A DNA stretch of 64,000 bases, taken from assembly GCA_964234715.1 (NCBI GenBank), contig OZ174281.1. One strand, 5' to 3'. The notes below the pieces were generated by a model. That model worked only from the letters and a program-made list of their open reading frames with translations. It ran no database searches and was not told where the DNA came from. The translations under genes were made by a program, and so were the position numbers. The stretch is from Podarcis melisellensis. Its lineage: Eukaryota. How positions within the stretch are numbered: position 1 is the stretch's first letter; each line of letters begins with the position of its first letter. Below are positions 11,419 to 22,884 of this stretch, piece by piece.

Positions 11419-13729
11419 TGGTTATATAGTGTTATAACATTGGGCCGACTCAATAAATCATAATTGAACATACTGAGGGATATTTTCTGCATAAGGTCAA
11501 AATGGTTGGTGTTTGAAAAATGCTTCATGTTTAGCCTGTTTCTCTGCCACTTTCTGAAAGTGAGTCAATTTTGCATCTTTAGACATTCCCACCTTCTTCT
11601 TTTTTTATAAATGCCATGCTCTTATTGAGGGCAGAGCCTGTCCCTTCTAGCATGCAGCCACCTTCATCTTGGCAATAGAAAACACATGTGGAATTATTTC
11701 TTTATGTAAAACACCTGTTGCAAAGTCTGTAAAGACACCCAGCAGAGCTGTTCCAGGACTTCTTGCTAATTGCCAGGCACTACTTGTGCTCAGAATGCTA
11801 AGATACATGCTTGCTCATGTCTTTATACACCTCTGAAACCTACATTTCTGTTTTCATGGACTAAGCCCTTCCAAAACGTGAAAGACTAGGAGAGATTTGC
11901 CTTAGTACCAGTGGACTCAACACCAAGCAGTGATCTAGCAAGCCAAGGATGTTGCATTCAGATTAGTCTCTGATGCTCCATATGCAAAATGGATGTAAGT
12001 GAATTCTGTAATTTACTCCCACCCTCTAAATGGGCGCCGAACGAGGTGGAGAGGGGATGGGGAAGAGCAATAAGTGGGTGGGGAGAGTGGAGAGGCTGTG
12101 GCAAGCATTATCCACATTATCATAGGGAAAATTGATGTGTGATGATGATGTTTGTTTTGTTTTGTTTTTAGCTTTCAAAAAGCTATCTTAGTTATTGGTA
12201 CTTGCCAGCTCCCGAGGTAGTGAATTCTGTGTAAGTTAATTTGGTTACATAAAGAAGGAAGTTAGTTCGGTTGCACATGGCCTCCATATGGCACTGGTCT
12301 TTTACTTGTGACCTTAGGCCCTTATTTACCTATTGCTTGTATTTATAAATCCAGGTTTACTTTTTAATGTTTGAATTCTAACTTTAGCTTCAGACTTCAG
12401 TGCCTTGAGTGGTGGGTTCAGACCCAGGAAAAAGGAATGGTTGATAAAAAGAACAGCAAGACCTCAATAAGGCTTGGAAGTGGGCATTGCAAGTAGGCAA
12501 GAGGCAACCATCTTGTGTGCCATATCCTCTTATTCTATTAAAGTTTACATGTCATACAAAGTCCAGCAGACATGTATGGAAAAATCCATGACTCTGCATC
12601 CTCAGCAGTGAGGAAGTATGCTTTGCATATTTTTTGTGCCATCATCGTTCAGTCATTGCATCGCATTAAGGAGAAACCAGCTATGTGGTTTTTTAAAAAA
12701 ATAAAATGGAACTGATTTGACCATAAAGTGGGTAACTGAGAAAGATGAAAAACACACAATTTTAAAAAAGCAACCAGATCAATACCAAAACACTGTTGAA
12801 GTGTAATGTGTTATAAAGTTCATCCAGAAATCTTAACATTTATACCATCCCAGGTTTTTCTCAGTTGTCAACTTCTTTTCCTTTTCCTTTCAGATTACTA
12901 GTGGTCACATGAGCACCAGCTAAATGTCTAATAAATCTCCAGGCAAAGCTAGGTTGACTTGTGTGGAACTGACTTTAAAAATATTTGATGGAACATTGCT
13001 TCAGTCTCTGAATACTTGTCAGATTGGATTTATTACAGCAGCTCTGATTACAGAGATGTGCACTTTGGTCCATAGGGATCCTTCTGTGTCTTTGGTTATA
13101 GAGTCCTCACTATTGTTATGTCACCGCTGATCAGTTATTCACTTTTGACACTCTTAGTCCAGCATAATGTTGTTTGATTCATACACCATAGCAACTTTGT
13201 GTGTGTGTGTGGATGTTTCTGCTTTGTATACATGTTCACTAAGAGGAATGGAAATCTTCCTGAATAAAAGATAAAATAGAAGTAGAGAATATTATTTAAT
13301 CTGTTAAGAATAACAAATGGTTAAAAGTGATAACCAGAACTATCTATTTTAGTTATGGCTTTATTTTATTTTAATTTTGTTCTGTTCTATTTCTGGATTA
13401 ACCTGCAAGTGTTTTTTAACCCCATCAAAGCACACATTTCAATGAGTATTTTAAATGATAGATTTAAATTTGTACTTTACATGTGTAGTTTATTTGAAAA
13501 CAAATATTTTAAATCATAGATGTGCATTATTTTAATTACCCAAACTGCTCTGCAGCTTTCTGAGAAATGGAAAATTAAATCGATTGGAAAGTTCCAGTTC
13601 ATACATTAGTAAGTACAGAAAGTTGCAAACATCATATTTTTCAAGTATCCCTAATAAGGATTTGTGAGTTCCTTACATAATTTTATTTATTAAAAGTAAA
13701 CAGATCAAACTATTTTCAGTCTATGTTAG

Positions 13730-14296
13730 TGTCAGAGCTGGAGTCAAACGTAGCTCAGCAATCAAAGCAAAACACAGTGTCAGTGAAGTAAACTCTTCAT
13801 TTAAGAAACCAAAACAGTGCAGGCCTAGTGATCCCAGCAGCCCTTCCCAGAAGGTCTTGCTCCAGCAAGGAAGTTGCAAGGACTGGAGGTCCTTCCCACC
13901 ACTTCCTAAGGTTCCTCATTTTCAGGGTCTTTCTCAAGCTATGGCAAACTGCCTGCAAACACCCACCCACCATGCTCTGCCCTACCCAATTCTCTGCATG
14001 TTCTAGGAGACCAGAGGGAAGGGCAGCTGGTCACAGCAGAAGGGGGAGACTCCCTGGCTTCTTCAGTAGCCTGCCTCTCTGACCCTGGCCCCACTCCCCT
14101 CCAGCCTCCGCTTCTGCATTGGAGTCTGAACTGCCCTCTACCACAGCCTCTTCCTCCTCACTAAACTCGGTGGCCTCTTCAACTTCCGAAACCTCCTCTT
14201 CCCACCACCAGCCCCCTGAATCTGAGCCTTCTTCCCTTGCTGGGTTCCCCAGCCGGTGTCTTCCACCACTCTTCTGTATCCTACCAGACCATGACA
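13730..14296 (-). mobile_element. Solo LTR (567 bp), probably Gypsy-type
   Basis: TGTCA...TGACA termini flanked by a perfect 5-bp TSD GTTAG (13725-13729 and 14297-14301); orientation inferred from a degenerate polyA signal on the minus strand. Confidence 0.85.
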
Positions 14297-15419
14297 GTTA
14301 GGTTTGCATGTGTTGATAAAACTGGCATTTTAAAATCAAACTGCAATCATCCCATTTCTGCAAATTTTAAAAGTATTTGAAATTTTGCATTACTTTTGCT
14401 TGTTTTAAACCTAAAACAAGCAAAAAGTACATTTTTATATGTAAAATTTGAATAATGTGAAAAACGCATGGAGACTGTGTCAGGCCAGTTCCCTTAAAAT
14501 ATGGAATTGACCAGGGCTTCCCAGGCAGCTGTGCAGAGCTCTCAATGTCTGGCAAAACTCATCTCCATAGTTTCTCTGCCTGCCCTCTCTTAAAGCGCTG
14601 TGCCTCATGAGTGTCACCATCAAGTATATGCACCTTTCTCAATTAAAGAAAATAGAACTTTTATCAATGGAAAGTGAAAAATTAATTTAGTGGAAAATGT
14701 AATGTATGTTTGAAGTGTGTGTGTGTGTAACAACAGACATAAAAACCTTCATTTCTTTTTCTAACTTGGGCGCATAATAACATGTTGTAGTTTTGGTTTT
14801 CTGAAATAGTGAAGCAACATGATGACTGAATTAATAATCTTTTTAATGTGTGATATATTTTTTATTGGCTGTGACTTTTCACAGAAGTCCTGGCTCAGTT
14901 TTATGCCATAAACATTGTGCTGGTTTTAGTAGAAATTTTGGAAAATGTATGTCCTCTACAATATGGTTACCCATCCTTAAGTATCCTTGAAAAATAAATG
15001 TTTGGTAAGCAGAATTACAGAGCTGAGGCAAAATGTGTTTTTTCCTGGCATGAAGCCCTGATTGTCTGTACACACAGATGGTTAAGTGTTTAAAAAGCTT
15101 CATTCAGCCTTGGCACGGGGTGAGAGGATGGAAGATTATCTGAAATAGAGTGCATTTTAGCTCATAACTTTTTTCCTGGGGTGTATTGGTTTTTTGTCTT
15201 TGGATGTTTCCCCTTTTGTGAACTTCCCATAAAACAAAATATAGTGTCAGGAAGAAGGTTGTTTGTTTAGATGCCATATGTTTCTCTTGAACTTGGTGCC
15301 ACTTCTGAATTGACTGTGGTCTAATGGAAAGCAAGGAAATCACTCCTCACAAACAGTAAAAAAATGTTCAGAATGAAGGATATTTAAGAGAAGTAGACTG
15401 ATTCCCTCAGGGTGACTTC

Positions 15420-15595
15420 TCTAAATATGCTTTATACCGAGTCTGGCCATTGGTCCTTCTAGCTGGCATTGTCTTCACTAACTAGCAGAGACTTCCCAGG
15501 GTTTCTCAGGTGGCTCTGTCCAAGCTCTGTCTGGAGATGTTAGGGACCTTCTGAATGCAAAGCCTGTTTACTCCCAGTGGGCTGTAATCTTTCCC
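15420..15595 (-). mobile_element. Degraded tRNA-derived SINE, same family as 11265-11418
   Basis: ctttataccgagtctggccattggtcc...ctggagatgttagggaccttctgaatgcaaagc is the reverse complement of the same head, body and tail. Confidence 0.65.
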
Positions 15596-17275
15596 CTTTT
15601 GTTGTTTTCAATTTTATTATCTCTGGCTATTAGGGTTATTGAGGAAGGTCTATTCTTATCCCAGACAAATAAATAACGCTACTGTACAGAATCACACTTG
15701 CTTTCTTGCAGCAACAAAAAGTCTTCTTGATATGGTGTTGCAGCAGACCATACACTGATGTGTTAGAACTGGAAAAATGGCTCTGCTGCAAGAACAGCAA
15801 CCATAGACCAGTATTTTTTTAGACCAAAGTGGAGCTGTAGTACTTTGTGTTTGACCCTGAGTGCTGTTCTGACAACAGACAAATGCTCTAGCATGTGGCT
15901 TTCTGCCCATACCTAGGACACTACACTACAGTTTAAGCCATTTAAAATACATCAGTGCACCTTCACCGCCTTTTTCAATGATATTTTCCCCTGTGCTTTT
16001 AGGTTTCACAACTCGGGTCAGAGAATAGCAGAACATTTTAGTGTCAGTGATCTGTGCAGTTTTATATGGCTTTCTAAATTGCATCCCTGTAGAACTGCTC
16101 ATTTCCTCCACAAAAGTAGACTGCTTTAGGTCTGAGAGGTTAGTCAAAGAGCATATCTGCTAATTTTCTTACATTTTTTCCCCTGGGAGGGAAGAAACTT
16201 TTCCTTCCAATTCCTTGTCAGTCTCATCTTTGTTGGAAAGCTTAAAACTATTTCCAGTTGTAGCACTTAGAACTGCACCTTCTGAGCGTTCTTGATGATT
16301 GAAATGCATATTGACTCACTTTTTTGTCTTTATAAGAAAAAAACATTGATTCCCTTTCACTTCTAAATAATTTAGAATGTACTTGCAATGGAAAATGCAT
16401 ATGTGTAACAAGAAATAGTTTTGGAACAATTAGAGTTCAATCTGACATGTCTTTGTGGTTTATAATTTCCATTTTATGTGAGCCTTTCAGAGGTTCTCCT
16501 CATAAATTCCTAATAACAATAATAACCAAGCACAAATAGCCATACTCTTTGTAGATGGCATCTCTCCCTAGACAGGAATATCATCAGCAGGTAGGACAGA
16601 ATTGGAGAATTGGGGGTTGGGGATCTTCACTTGGAAGTATACCTATTGTATCTCCTCCTTCTAAACCTTATTCTGTTTGAGAATTTAGAAAAGAAAGGAA
16701 AGGCAGAGCTGGGATTCAAACAAAATAATGGCAGTAGTTTTCTTTAAGCACAGTAAGTGGCATTTTTGCTGATAGATGAAGTGCTACGCTTTTGTTCTTT
16801 AAAAACCAGTCAGTTTATCAAACTTTTTTCCCCTGAAGTATCTGGAAGATGAATTGGGACTTCAAACATATATGTAGCCAACCTTCCTATTGAAATCTAT
16901 TGAAATATATTACCGTGACAAGTTTGGGGCATGAAACATTGCTTAATAAGGTAGATACTGCGTTGTGCAGAATACGTCACGGCAATGTCATTTGGAGCTG
17001 ACAGTAGCACAGGCAAAGAAGAGTCTGTCCATGAGAGCAAAATAACTTTTTTACTTACACCAATAAAAGTGTGTTCTTCGGCAGAGGTATCCATGTGCTT
17101 TTAGGTGTAGTTCAGACAGAAGATTACATAGAGCATATACAAATACTGGTGTTTTTCACAAGTTGTATAAGTTGATGTCCAGATGCAGACTGTTCTTCCA
17201 TCTTCATCAGTTTCAAGAGTTGCATGACCTTGTTTCTTTCTGCACTTAGATGTGGGTGGGAAGCAGATTATTAAT

Positions 17276-17417
17276 AAGGTTAACTACCCCTTTCCTCACT
17301 GCTATACCATATTTCACTGCCCCTTCCCAAAACAGTTTTCACCTAGAAGGTTAACTATCCCTTTCCTCACTGCTATACCATATTTCACTGCCCCTTCCCA
17401 AAACAGTTTTCACCTAG
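17276..17417. repeat. Tandem duplication, 2 x 71 bp
   Basis: 17276-17346 and 17347-17417 differ by one base (C/T). Confidence 0.95.
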
Positions 17418-18633
17418 AAAAAAGTGGAATTAATGTGCAATAATATCCTGTTGCAGCAATTTCTTTGCAATTTTTGAACTAGGAATGGGGTTTTTTATTT
17501 CTAAATTTTACAGGACACAGCATGAAGACTGAGTGAATCTGATATGAGATCAACAGTAAACAAAAACAAAACCCCAGAGCAAAACTCTTTTTTTGTCATG
17601 TTCAGTGAAAAAATTACACTTCCCATACTACGGCTGGCATCCTGGCGCAGGGATAAATATGCACGTATAAGATCATTTCTCTCCCCCCCCCCCCGTGACC
17701 TCATGCTAACTTCATTACTAAAACAGGCAGAGTACACATGTTAATTGGGGTGGGGGAAGGCACAGTGAATGAATCTTGTAGAGAATCATGCAGGTTGGAA
17801 TGCCCTGAAAGGAGAATGTAATTATATCCTTTTCCTAATTAAACAGTGTGGCATAATTGATTGTTATAGTGAAACTGTTCCTCAGACTTGCATATAACAG
17901 CAAATTTATTCATTCAAAAGTTCAATAGGAGAGTGGCATTTAAACTTTAACCAATTCAACGATTCATCCATGAAATTGTAAGGGAGGCTGTGCTGGTGTC
18001 TATCAACTTAAACTAAAATAAAACTACCCAATGGGTTGGAAACTTCAAATTAGAAAAGCTGAAAAGATGCATATGTGTACTTTTTTCTGGACTCTCGGGG
18101 CTATTCAATTATACTGTGAATTACTATTTCAGATTACTAAAGGACATTTATAAATCCCAGATGTACGATTAGCTGTCCCTGTTGATATTGGCTTTGCAGA
18201 AGCTAGTGATAATTCAAGAGGGACTGTCGGAGAAACTATGCATGCAACTCCTGATTGATGAATAGCATTTTTTCACTAATCAGCTGACCAAGACAGTTAA
18301 AATTTATCTCAATTCAGACTTTAAATATATGTAGTCAGTGTGTCCTCTCAGTGCTGCTGTGCAAGTTTGGGAAAAAGTTAGTTAAACATTAAAATGACCT
18401 TATAGTGAGCAAACTACAGGTCTTTTGTAGGAAACTAACATCATACTAGTATTGGTATATTATATGTTTTAGTCAATACTGTATATTTATAAAGTGATTC
18501 CAAAGATTACACTATTTTTGTCTGTTAACCTTTTTATGCTCTCTCTCGCACACCAGTCTGTTCAGCTTGAAACATAATCACCTTGGAAATTATAAATCTG
18601 TGTAAAGTTCTTGTTCTTAACAGTTGAAACAAA

Positions 18634-19205
18634 ACATACAAGAACTTAAGAAAAGCCCTGCTTGGCCAAGCCCATCAAGTTGAGCATCCTGTGGTCTACA
18701 GTTGCCTGTGAGATGCTCCCAAGCAAGGTCCTTGTGCATGGGCGTAGCCAGGATTTTTGTTGGGGGGGGGGACGTAAAACTTCAGATTTGCATTTATTTT
18801 GATTGATTTAGGGGGGCATCTGCCCCCTCCGGCTATGTACATGCCCTTGTGTAACGGTACTCTCACCAGTTGTGATACTTAGTACTTGATATTTGGAGAC
18901 TTCTTTTCTCCAACAGTTGAGGTAAGGCAATAGCAATCATGGCTAGTAGCCAGAGAAAGCCATAGACTCTGTTAGTTTTTTCTGATCCTAATTTAAAGCT
19001 ATCCAAGTTAGTAACCATCACTGTATCTAGTTGAAGTGAATTCCAACTCTACACTGTGGGAAGTTCTTCCTTTTGTCTGCTCTGAATCTTCCATCATTCA
19101 TCTTAATCGGATGGTGCTGGGTTCTAGTGTTGGATGGAAAAAAACCTTATCCCTGCCCACTTTCTCCACAACCTTCATAAACTCAAACCATGTACATAAA
19201 AGCTC
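18634..19205 (-). mobile_element. Old CR1 LINE 3' fragment interrupted by a hAT MITE
   Basis: Begins with the reverse-complemented tail acatacaagaacttaagaaaagccctgct; continues with catcactgtatctagttgaagtgaattcca and ttcttccttttgtctgctctgaatct (end of ORF2). Confidence 0.75.
18737..18843. mobile_element. hAT-type MITE nested in CR1
   Basis: Imperfect TIRs catgggcgtagcc / ggctatgtacatg; 8-bp TSD tccttgtg / cccttgtg (7 of 8 match). Confidence 0.75.
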
Positions 19206-19789
19206 TTTACACGTGACGTCAGGATATGACTGTACATTTGAGATTTTAATACATTTCCTCTTGAAATCTGATATCTGCTTCAAAATCCAGCACTCAGAGT
19301 TATGATGTGTGGATTTGCACATTTTCTAGTGGATTGGGAAGTGTCTTCCATAAAACAATGAAAGGATTATTCCTTATCCCTTTGACAGATGCACTTAAAA
19401 TGTTTTTATTAAGCCACCTAAGTATAATCCAGTAATAACAACAGCAATATTAGAATCACACTATGGTTTCTTTTCTGATTCAGGAAACGGTGAGTAAAAG
19501 GATGCAGAAGCAAGAGTTCACTTGCAGAAATTAGAATGCGGTTGATGACAACATTTTTCTTGTGTGATGTGGCCCATAATGTGCCAGGGTAGCACCCTGT
19601 CCATTATTGTTTTCTTCATAGTAGGATGATTCAGTGTGTGGTAGTATGGAGATGCTGTCTTAATACCATTCAGTAGCCAGATACCGGCAGTGGGATGCCT
19701 TTGCCTTTGTAGCCAATGGGCAGTCAGCTCTTGCTTCAAGTGTATGCCTTATGTATGCCCCCTGCATGTGATGAGTTGGGGGAGGAGAC

Positions 19790-20245
19790 GGCTCCATATT
19801 TAAGGGGGGGGATGGTTGGCTAACTAGAGATTTGTCACCTTCTGTGGCAGTTAGGTGTGGGATGGGAACACGCTTAGACACCTTTCATGCTAAGGGGTGG
19901 GCCTTTGGGCCTACAGTCCCAGGAGCCAGATAAGGATCACCTCTGAAGCCGACTAGCCTCACCTGCCTGGAACTTTAGGACTCTGGGGAGTGGGGAAAAC
20001 CTGCCTGCTCTCCTTCAGGGTGGGGGCCTGGGATAAGGAGTAGGTACTTTTGCCATCCCCCCCCCCCCCAGTTTCTGCAGGCAGGGTGGTTTTCCCTATT
20101 AGCTGCAGGCTTGACCTGAGGTTCAGTTTTCTCCTGCACCTATAGGAATTTTTCTCTGCAGGTAGTCATATGGTTTGTTGTATTTAAGTTTCATAAAGTG
20201 GCCCTTACTTAACCCAACTTACTGTTTCTGACTCCTTATTTGGCC
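19790..20245 (+). mobile_element. Old GC-rich terminal-repeat-like element (DIRS/Ngaro- or LTR-like)
   Basis: GC-rich block ending cataaagtggccc...tgtttctgactccttatttgg, the same 3' architecture as 61068-61934. Confidence 0.45.
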
Positions 20246-20251
20246 AATGAG

Positions 20252-20490
20252 TCAAATTACAAAAAAGGAGATTCCAACTAAACATCAGGAAAAACTTTCT
20301 GGCAATAAGGGCTATTCGACAGACGCCCATGAGTAGTGAGGTACTCTCCTTCCTTGGAGGTTTTTAAGCAGAGGTTGGATGGCCGTCTGTCATGTATGAT
20401 CTAGCTGAGATTCCTGCATTGCAGGGGGTTGGACGAGATGACTCTCTGGCTCCCTTCCAACTCTTCTGTGATTCCAACAATTGTATGATT
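20252..20490 (+). mobile_element. CR1 LINE 3' end
   Basis: aggagattccaactaaacatcaggaaaaactttct ... gagattcctgcattgcagggggttggacgagatgac...cccttccaactc; homologous to 52895-53360. Confidence 0.9.
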
Positions 20491-21399
20491 CATTGGATCA
20501 CAATGGCAGGATCTGAACTGTCCAGATTCACAGTCCTTTTCAAAATACCCACAGATATGTTTTCTTTAGTCCTATGCTTAGGGCAGAATGCTAACCTACA
20601 AAAGGAATAGATGCCTGTTTTGTAAAACAAGAGACATCCACTGTGACTAGGACATGTTGTTCCTCACTTTAACTTGCACATTTTATCATTCTCTTTTGGG
20701 TAAATTAAGATGATGGGTGTCCGCTCTTATTGGGAGCTCACCTCTGACTGCTAAAATGCCACCTGGGGCTGTAGCAGGGAGGGTGGAGGAGTGGCAGCAG
20801 AGCTGGGTTGGGCTGGTGAGGATCTCTTCTGAGCAGCACAGTAATCCACTGCAGTACAGTAACCCACCAGGTTTAATTTCAAAGGAAACTATTTTCCCTT
20901 CGGTGTATAAAATTATTGTAAAACTTTCTTATGTTTAACTCTTCCCAATTTACTTTCTAATGGGGATGGGGGGAAAGAAGCAGTTGTGTTTATGAAGCCT
21001 TATATAAGCTAGATGGCTTGGGGGGGGGATGGAAACTAAATACAGATAAGTAGTGTGTTGGAATGATGGGATTGCATTCCAGTCCTCAACCAGTGCAGCT
21101 GGAGCTGGATTGATCAGATGTTGGTAAAACCTGATATGCAATAAGCAAAACGGGTTCTTTGGAAGAGAACCTGTATCCTTTTCTAGACTGGTCTATGCCT
21201 ATGCACACTTGCTTGTGCATCAAAGCAAAGCACAAAAATGGAAAGGAAGTCGGGATGCAACAGGCAATATGTATTGCATTTACATATGTGTAAAAAAGCT
21301 GACTGATACAGTATTCCTCATTCTGCAAAACTGCTGTATGTGTGTGCGGAGGGCAAAGAACACTAGTAGAGTCTGAAAAGTTAGAGCTGTGACTAGTAA

Positions 21400-21462
21400 T
21401 CATGGACCATACTAGATGAACCAGTAGTCTGACTTGGTATAAGGTAAGCTTTCTTTGTTCCT
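21400..21462 (+). mobile_element. SINE/CR1-type 3' tail fragment
   Basis: ctagatgaaccagtagtctgacttggtataagg...tgttcct. Confidence 0.55.
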
Positions 21463-21589
21463 GTGAAGGAGCAGAAATATCTGAGCTTCACTTTCTGTGA
21501 ATGTCTGAGGATTGTGAGGAAGCAAAAGCAGAAATAAATAGACAGGTTTTTCATATTGCTAATCTGTGCTTTGTTGTACCCAACAAAGC

Positions 21590-21725
21590 CAGTCCGTTAG
21601 TGCAATGATTTCTGCATGTGCAATGGGATTTAAACTCCTCTCCCAGTGCCCCTAAATATGTTGGTAGAAGACAGAGAGGAACTCCTGTTACACAAGCAGA
21701 AGTCCTTGAGCTAATGGGATGACTT
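21590..21725. mobile_element. Degraded palindromic MITE
   Basis: gtccgttagtgcaatgatttctgcatgtg pairs imperfectly with cacaagcagaagtccttgagctaatggga. Confidence 0.45.
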
Positions 21726-22820
21726 CATAACTCTTTTTTCTGCTTCTCAGCTGGACTGAAATAAAAAATTTCAGTAATAAGGAAGCCTTAGTTTTTGTAC
21801 AATCAAGGACTTTAAAAAAAATACTAACATTTAAAGCTTGCATTTTGACCTTGGTGTCTGGACTAAGAGAGGCCTGATATGAGTGCCTTGAAAAACAGCA
21901 TGACCATTTCTGAGTATATATAAAATAATCATTTTTCTATTATCATGAAACATGATAGTATTTATTTTTAAATGAACAGCATGCTTCTAACACATATTTT
22001 TAGAACTGCTGATGTATTGGTAAGTTATCATGGTGTAATAGCATTGTATCCAAAGCTGCTTTTCTTCATAAACCCTTATATTTAATCCCTCGACCCAGCA
22101 AGCGGCATGCTGCCCAGGGAATTAACTTCAGATTGAAGATAAAGAAGGGTCTGAAGTTAATGACTTCTTGAAAAGCCACTGGGAGATTCAATACAATTGC
22201 AATAGGATCCTGATGAAGAAAAATACGGTATTCACAAAACAGATAATGAAGAATCCTTTGTATTGTTTGCACCTAGACAGAACCATAGTTTTGGCAAATA
22301 TGACCAGAACTGAGGCTACCATGACAAATTCTGAAATCAAGCTGTTAACGGTTTCATTGGGAGTAATATAAAATTTCCCTTTCTGAAAGGCTTAATGCAG
22401 TTTAAAATAAATATAGGATAATTGTAAGACATTTGTTTTCAATGTCTGTTCCACAGAAAAAAGCAAAACTTTGTTGCAGATATTGCAGAGATAATATAAT
22501 CAAAATATGATACCAATTTTTAGTCTTTTGTGCCCAGCTATTAAAAACACATTGCTAAATTTCCAAGAACATTAGTTCGGATACTTACTTAATTTACTAT
22601 TAAACTTGCCTTTGCTTCTAATAATGGATTTGGTGGCTGTAAATGTGCCAGAAAATAGAAATTATAAATCATGGAAGAATTTGATGCTATCTTAATTGCT
22701 TTTAAAAGCAGTGATGAGGTTCTGCCTAGAATAATTTTATTTCAGCTTGATTGAAGTGGTAATGTAGAATGGCATTTGCATCTGTTAGCAATAAAGATGT
22801 TCATGAGTTGCTTGGAAGAA

Positions 22821-22833
22821 TGCGTGCGTGCGT

Positions 22834-22879
<46 letters not shown>
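22821..22879. repeat. Compound (TGCG)n(CA)n microsatellite
   Basis: tgcgtgcgtgcgtg followed by about 22 CA units. Confidence 0.97.

Positions 22880-22884
<5 letters not shown>

Noticed and set aside
12870-12960. Strong polypyrimidine tract plus AG as an extra exon (also near 16000)
   Set aside because: No convincing donor site and no PTPRM-like translation.
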